Under the pieces are notes generated by a model. It ran no database searches. It saw only the letters and a list, made by a program, of their open reading frames with translations, and was not told where the DNA came from. 64,000 nucleotides of DNA from the human T2T-CHM13v2.0 reference genome, Homo sapiens. The stretch lies in NCBI RefSeq assembly GCF_009914755.1, contig NC_060930.1; one strand, 5' to 3'. Below, in pieces: positions 56,800-64,000 of this stretch. The stretch's first letter is position 1, and each line of letters opens with the position of its first letter. Made by a program: the position numbers and the translations under genes.

Positions 56800-57270
56800 A
56801 AAACATTGGTTTCCAATATTGTAGATGAGGAAACCGAGATTCAAAGAGGGTATGTGACTTATCTAGGGTCCTACCCTTGAAACGTGAAGGAATTGGACTC
56901 TAGACCTCAGATTAATTTTGTAAACACCTTGTTGTGTGGCAGACTTTGAAGGAGCTGGAATCTTTCTCTGTGTGAAGAATACCCCTGATGTACATGTCTT
57001 GAAATTGTGTCATTCTACCAGAAGAGAGATTCTTTTGGTTCGATCACTTTTAATGATATGGGAGACATCAAGAATTTATGGAATGCCCCAAATGGTACTT
57101 TTTTATTGGCTATCTCTAACCTTTATGAAAATTCTGCAAGGTAGAGATTCTTCTTTCCAATCTACAGTTAAAAACATATGGTTCAGAGCCATTAAATACT
57201 TCTGAGGTCCCACAGCTAGAAAAGGTGCGCCTGGTACTTGAACCCAGATCTCTGGGAGCAACCTTCTCCT
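56800..57270 (-). mobile_element. Two antisense MIR fragments (~56800-56905, ~57110-57270)
   Basis: gtagatgaggaaaccgagattcaaagagg; gaggtcccacagctagaaaagg...cttgaacccagatct. Confidence 0.65.
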
Positions 57271-57289
57271 ACCTCCCTGGGAGTGACTG

Positions 57290-58300
57290 TTAAATATAAA
57301 TCCCCCATAAGCAGCAACCTGCCTAATGGACATCTCCACTTGGACATCAAATTAGCATCTCAAATTCAATATGTCTGAAACTAAAATTCCAATGCCTCTT
57401 ATCCCTATCCCCAGAGATCTGCTTTTCCTGTAGCCTTTCCCATGGCAATTTGTTCTTCCAGTTGCTCAAAGCCAAAACCTTGGAGTCGTCTTTACTTTTC
57501 GTTCTCTCACAGCAATCACTTAGGAAATCATCTTTAAAATATACTGGGATCTGACTACTTCTCACCACCTCTACTGTGGCCACTGGTTTGGACTCCATCC
57601 GCTCACCTAGATTGTCACTAGAGCCTCCCAAATTCTACCCTTAATCCCTAAATTGAATCCAGAGTGATGTTTTAAAATGTGAGATGGTCACATCACCCTT
57701 TTCCTCAGTCACTTATGGTGTATCTTCATTTTACAAAGAATAAAAGCCAAAGTCCTTAAAATGGCCTACTAGGTCCCATGTCATATAACCCGGGTTTCTT
57801 CTCTGTCTCCGCTTTCTTGTACTCTGTCCATGCATTTTAGCCACACTAGCCTCCTTTCTATTTTTGGAGGCCACACACTCTTTCCCTCAGGGACTTTTCT
57901 CTAGCTATTCCTTTGCCTGGAACATTCTACCCCCAATATCCATTTGGTTAACTCCCTTACCTCCTTCAAGTCTTCATACAAATGTCATCTCTCAGTGACA
58001 TTTAATAGACCATTCTGTTTAATACCTCACATGCTTCCCAGCACATGCTCGGCACTCCCATTCCTCCCTAAAGTGATCTACTTCTTTCCCCATAGCACCT
58101 TTTAAACATTCAATATAATTTACTTATTAATTATGCTTATTGTATATTGTTTGCCTCCATCCATTAGAATATAGGCTTCCTGAGGGCAGGAATGTTGTCT
58201 GTGTTGCTCAGTGATAACTGTAAATGCCTGAAACAGTATGTACACATAGTAGGCACTTAACAGGTCTTTTCTGAATACATGAATGAACGAATGAACTGGA
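57290..58300 (+). mobile_element. L2a 3' ~1 kb
   Basis: ggacatctccacttggacatc...ccagttgctcaaagccaaaaccttggagtc...tgagggcagg...acatagtaggcacttaa...tgaatgaa. Confidence 0.85.
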
Positions 58301-58705
58301 AATTAACTGAATCTGATTCAAGAACAGGTTAGAGTCATCTCTTCTGCGAAGAAATTACAGATGTTAAACAGAGAATCTATCACCAACCAATCCCTCACTC
58401 TAGTCCAAGGGAGAAGTGTGAGTTTTCCAAAGTTTAACTTATCAATTATAATGGAAAATGTATACTAGAAATCAAAAGAAGCATTTTCCCTAGAAATGGA
58501 CTTTTTCAAAAAGTTAAACAACTGTGTATGCATAATATTTGCATGGAAAATGAATCAACATTTGAATTCGAATCTTGTTTATAAAAAAGTAGTAAACTGA
58601 GGGTCAGAATCCTGTTAAAAATTCCTTGTTTCCCAAGATATGTTCTGTAGAATTCCAAGCCTAGTGAAATAAGTGTTCTTAGGTAGAATAAAATACTAAA
58701 ATGAC

Positions 58706-58930
58706 TCTGTGGGCTGCTAGAATTGGTTCCTACTGGCTCACCAGAACCAAATGTGCACATCTCTTTCCAGCTCCACATTTCTGGAAATCTGCTGTGTTAG
58801 GAGAATTTACACCATGGAAATAGGCATGTGGCAATCAGCAAATGCTATGAGTCAGGGAATGTTATTTTGGATATATTCAAATAAGATTTAAATAAGACAG
58901 TCAGTTGCTTAGCATTCATTAGCACACAGA
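58706..58930. mobile_element. MER63-type hAT MITE
   Basis: tgtgcacatctctttccagctccac...aatttacaccatggaaataggc...cagcaaatgcta. Confidence 0.7.
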
Positions 58931-59089
58931 ATCTGTATGTGTATATTGAAATCTTAGAGATGGCGGATGGCGGAGATTCATTTCACTTTCTTTACTAAAT
59001 GTATGTAACTATGGAATCTTTTTTTTTTTTTAAGTATACAGTGAAACACATGTTAATAGCCTAACAGAATATACTACTTTATAAAACAC

Positions 59090-59275
59090 TATGATAGTGG
59101 AAATTGCATGAAACCTTTGAGTCTAAAAATCCTAGGCTATAAAATATGTAATCTTAGGAAAAATATTCCTTCATGTGAAATGAGAAAAATATCTTGCAAA
59201 ATTTTTGAGAGGCTTAAAATGAAAGAAAGTATGTGATAGTTCCTGACACAGATTAGGCACTTAATAAATGTCCAT
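59090..59275 (+). mobile_element. MIR
   Basis: ttccttcatgtgaaatgag...ttcctgacacagattaggcacttaataaatg. Confidence 0.6.
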
Positions 59276-59831
59276 CTTTCTCTTCCCCATTCTTGTCTCC
59301 CCAGCCTAGCTTTTGGAAAATGTAAAATGAATCAGGGACGTTCCTATTGCCAGAGTGGGAACTGTCATTTGAAATCTTATTTCGCATCACATAATCTGAT
59401 ATACAAATACATGATCAAGAATAAGAAATTTTTGGACCAATATTTTATTTGTCTTAACACCTTAAAAGATACTTATTCTAAGCTTAGATTTACATTTTGA
59501 TTTATCATAAAATAGTTTGAATAATAATTTTAAAAAATAAATCAAGCTATGAAATTTCAGAGTTTTTGTTTTGTTTAGTTTTGTTTTGTTTGGCATATTA
59601 TCTAGTGTCAATTTTTTTCCTGATGAGTTTTCTTATACCCAAGTATGGAAACATCTTTGAATTCTATTTCCTCGAAACACTCTAGTTTATCCAAATTGTA
59701 AATTAGGGCTTTGGATCCAAAAAGCTTGTTATGTGTGAATTATCTTTAAGTCTGGGAGGTATCTTTTCCTAGTAAACTAACTTCTCCATGTACTGAGTAT
59801 GTATTTCATAAGAAACTAAAATCTCACTAGG

Positions 59832-60146
<315 letters not shown>

Positions 60147-61305
60147 TAGGTAAAATAAGTTGGTCACCCTTATTTATTATGAAAACCAAATGGTCAATTG
60201 TAGAAGTTTCTAGGAAACGCTTCCCAAACAGCCCCAATCTTAACTCAAGAAGCTGTTTTTGCCAAAGTCAACTTGGCTTGTGGTAAGTAGGACTGATCAA
60301 AACATCGTTCATCAGAATAATAAAGATATTCCAAGTGATGTTTCAAAACCACTGTAAAAAAATCCCTTGCATGTGTAAATTGGAGGAGCAGCAGTTTATG
60401 CAAGGAAAGGTTTTTTTTTGTTTTTTTCTGAAATGGTATTTCCTGTGGGACTCTTGGTCAGGATGGCCTCGTTTGGGACATGCCATGTGATTTTTCTATC
60501 AGCATCACTCTCCAGACTCAGGGGAGGCTAAGTGAGCAGGGAAGTCATATATTTGACTACAAGTGGAAAAAACTCTTGGTGCTATTCACAGAGCCTTTAC
60601 AGACATGAGATTGAGATACAGATGTGTAGAAAGTCCTAACCATCCACATCAATCTAAAGGAACTTCCTTGTTTGGTCTCCCTGATTGAAACAGGAAATAA
60701 TCATCTTCGGAAACGTAAAGTGGTCAGCTCTAGCCATTTTGTGGGTTGCAAAGATTTTTCTTTCCTGTTATCTCCCGGGATGTTATCTCCAGGAAAGAAG
60801 AAATAAGCACAGACATGAGAAGTCATCAGCAAAAGGCCTTCTAGAGCTCCAGGTGTACTTTATTATGTTGTGCTGATTTTGCAACAGCCAACATTCTTGT
60901 GGACTAAAACAGTCACTTCGAATTCCATTTAATCTAAAAGCCAAAACCTCTGCCAAAGAGAGATTATGGCTGGAACACAGACCTTAATAAGGTACATAAC
61001 TAGCGACAACAACAGAAGTTAAACTGTTCTTTCTTCTAGGCATCCTTGTTAGTATTTGTTAAATATTACCATTTAAAAACTAGTTTTATAGGAGAAAAAA
61101 TATATTTTAATTCCTTCTTTGGCTGTGAGTGAGATTGAATGGTTTTTTATGTTTGTAACCTAGTTATCATGTTAGTGACCTAGTTATATGTCACAAACCA
61201 AATGCCTGCCCCATTCCCTTTAAAATTTTGTTAATGCCCTTTGCACATTTTTAATTGAATTTTCATTTATATTTCCTTGTTTGCACATTTGTTCAATATG
61301 CAAAT

Positions 61306-62205
61306 ATTTATTTTTTATATTTTAAAATTGACAAGTAAATATTGTATATATTTATGGTATACAACATGATGTTTCGATATTTGTGCACATTGTGGAATGG
61401 CTAAATCATATGCATTACCTCACATACTTATGTTTTTGTGGTGCAAACACTTAAAATCTACTCTTAGCAATTTTCAACTATATAAGATACTCTTATCAAC
61501 TATAGTCCAACATGACATACCATAGATCTCTTGATGTTACTCCTCTTAACCAAAATTTTGTGTTCTTTGACCAATATCTCCCCATACCCCTGTTCTCCAA
61601 ACTCTAGTGACCACCATTTTACTCTCTGTTTTTATGACTTTGACTTTTTTAGACTCCACATATAAGTGAGGTCATGCAGCATTTGTCTTTATGTATCTGG
61701 CTTATTTCATTTAATGTCCTCCAGGGTCATCCATGTTGTCACTCATGACAGTATTTCCTTATTTTCATGACTAAATGTTATCCCATTGTGTATATACACC
61801 ACATTTTCTTTATCCATTTATCTATTGATTGATACTTAGATTGATTCCATATCATGGCTATTGTAAATAGTGCTGCAAAAAAACATCAAAGTGCAGATGT
61901 CTCTTTGATACACTAATTTTCTTTCCTTTGGAGAAATGTCTGCTTGTGGGATTGCTGGATCATATAATAGTTGTATTTTTAATTATTTGAGGAATTTCCA
62001 TACTGTTTTTCATAATTCCCATATTAATCCAAATTGCCACCAACAGTGTACATTTCTCTTTTCTCCACATCCTCAACAACATTGGTATCTTTGGTCTTTT
62101 TGGTAATAGCTGTTCTAACAGATGTGAGGTGATATCTCATTGTGGTTTTAATTTGCATTTCCCTGATGATTAGTGATATAGATCATTTTTTCCCTTTTTA
62201 CATAT
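61306..62205 (-). mobile_element. L1MA (MA6-8-like) 3' ~900 bp, within older L1M debris
   Basis: attgtatatatttatggtatacaacatgatg...cacttaaaatctactcttagcaattttcaa...gattgctggatcatataatag. Confidence 0.9.
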
Positions 62206-62245
62206 ATTCCTTATAAACGTATGCATATTCCTTATAAAATAAAGT

Positions 62246-62549
<304 letters not shown>

Positions 62550-62605
62550 CTAATCCTCTGATAGATATCTGAATTTGTTTAAAGAGAAGTTTAAAATTTC
62601 AGCAT

Positions 62606-62926
62606 GTAACCATCACTTGGGTTCCAAAGGGGATTGGTTCTAGGACCCCGTGGATATCAAAATTCAAAGATGCTGAAGTCCCTTATGTAAAATGAAGTAG
62701 TATTTACATACAATCTATGCCTATCCTCTCATATGCTTTCAATAATGTCTAGCTTACTTATAATACCTAATACAGTGTAAATGTTACATAAGTAGTTGTT
62801 ACGGCATATTTCTTATTTATATTATTTTTATTTTTACTGTTTTTATTTTTAATTTTTTGGAATATTTTCGATTGGTGGTTGGTTGAAGTCATGAATGCAA
62901 ACCCATGGGTCCAGAGAGCAAACTGT
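62606..62926. mobile_element. MER2 (TcMar-Tigger MITE)
   Basis: ggggattggttctaggacccc...gaagtcccttatgtaaaatg...acttataatacctaatacagtgtaaatg...aactgt. Confidence 0.85.
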
Positions 62927-63194
62927 CCTTAGGTTGATCACACTCTTTCTTTCTAATTATTTTCTATCACGTCTATTCTTAGTGTATTTTCTGCATTGCA
63001 ATCTGCTAAACATACACTCCTATTTTCTCCTAGTTTTTGAAGCCTTTAGGTTATATTTAATTTCTTAATACATCTGGAATTTATTCTAGTCCCTTTGTGA
63101 GTTAAGTTCTAAGTGGAATTTTTAAGATATCAAATTAATTGTCCCAGTGTTTACCAAATATGCCTTCTTTCCTCATTGATTTGTGACCTTAGCA

Positions 63195-63420
63195 AGAGCA
63201 GGCCTGAGAACTACACAGGCTTATGTCCTGCTGTCAGCTCCTTACAAACCGAGTGATCCTGAGCAAATCCCTTTAACCTCTCGGCTCTCAGTTTACCCCT
63301 TTGTGAAGTAGAGGTAATGATAGCCAACTGCTATGGTCACTGTGAGGATGAAGTGAGAAAATGCAGGCAGAGCAATGTTCCTGGTAGGTCACTAGCGCAT
63401 TTGGCGGTGTTATTAGTAAT
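63195..63420 (+). mobile_element. MIR
   Basis: gtgatcctgagcaaatccctttaacctctcggctctcagttt...ctgtgaggatgaagtgag. Confidence 0.75.
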
Positions 63421-63539
63421 AGTAATCGGTCTCCCTCTCTGTAAGAGCTAGTAATGGAAGCTCTGACACTGGTCTGCAGGAGAGAGAAAACCGTCTCTCC
63501 CCTGTTTCTTCCCAGCCCATTCCATCTCTGACCTCATCC

Positions 63540-63975
63540 CCTGCTGCCAGCCTACCCCATTCCCTCCTCTCCAGTTTCCAGGCTGCCTCTGCACCAGCCA
63601 GGCGCCTTCTGCCACAGGCTTCACTCTTCTCTTCCAAGTCCCTGGATGTTTCCCCAGTTCACACCTGGCTTGCTCCCTCACCTTCAGAGAGCCTCTGCCC
63701 AGCTGAAACCTTCTGACTGGGGCCTTCCCTAAACCCACCCACTTAAGTTTGGACCTCCTCAGTGCCCTCTCTCATCCTTCCTTGTTTATTTTCCTCTACA
63801 GCAGTTACCACCTCCATATAGTTTGCTTCTTTGTGTATTATCTGTCTTCCCCGACAACAGAAATCTCCCCAGGGTCAGGGCTTTTATCTCTGTTGTTCAT
63901 TAGTGTATTCCCAGGGCCTGTAATAGAGCCTGAAATGCAGCATGTGTTCCATGCATTACTGTTGAATGAATGAAT
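63540..63975 (+). mobile_element. L2 3' end
   Basis: ctgtcttccccgac...gggtcagggctttt...gtattcccagggcctg...gttgaatgaatgaa. Confidence 0.8.
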
Positions 63976-64000
63976 TCTTGAACATTTTACTTTATATTGT

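Overview
This is primate (human-like) non-coding genomic DNA, either intronic or intergenic. It is AT-rich and CpG-depleted, with no CpG island. A large fraction is interspersed repeat: 16 Alu copies (J, S and Y types, several with visible target-site duplications, TSDs), L1 pieces (L1PA/L1MA 3' ends and older L1M), many L2 and MIR fragments, one CR1/L3 remnant, ERVL-MaLR solo LTRs (MLT1 family), a complete MER11 (HERV-K HML-8) solo LTR with a 6-bp TSD, and DNA-transposon MITEs (MER5, MER8, MER2, MER58, MER63). There are also GATA, TG and CA microsatellites. I recognise no protein-coding exon, RNA gene or named locus. The ORF-track entries are mostly repeat-derived or chance ORFs. I find no evidence for a new biological system. 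The best second-look items are two dispersed local duplications (about 285 bp and about 95 bp), a ~20-bp-periodic ATGCAAA/CACCTG array, the motif-rich MER11 LTR, a closely spaced inverted Alu pair, a CR1 RT remnant, and a few unvalidated splice-site-bounded exon candidates. Repeat subfamily names come from recalled consensus features, and the boundaries of ancient repeats are approximate.
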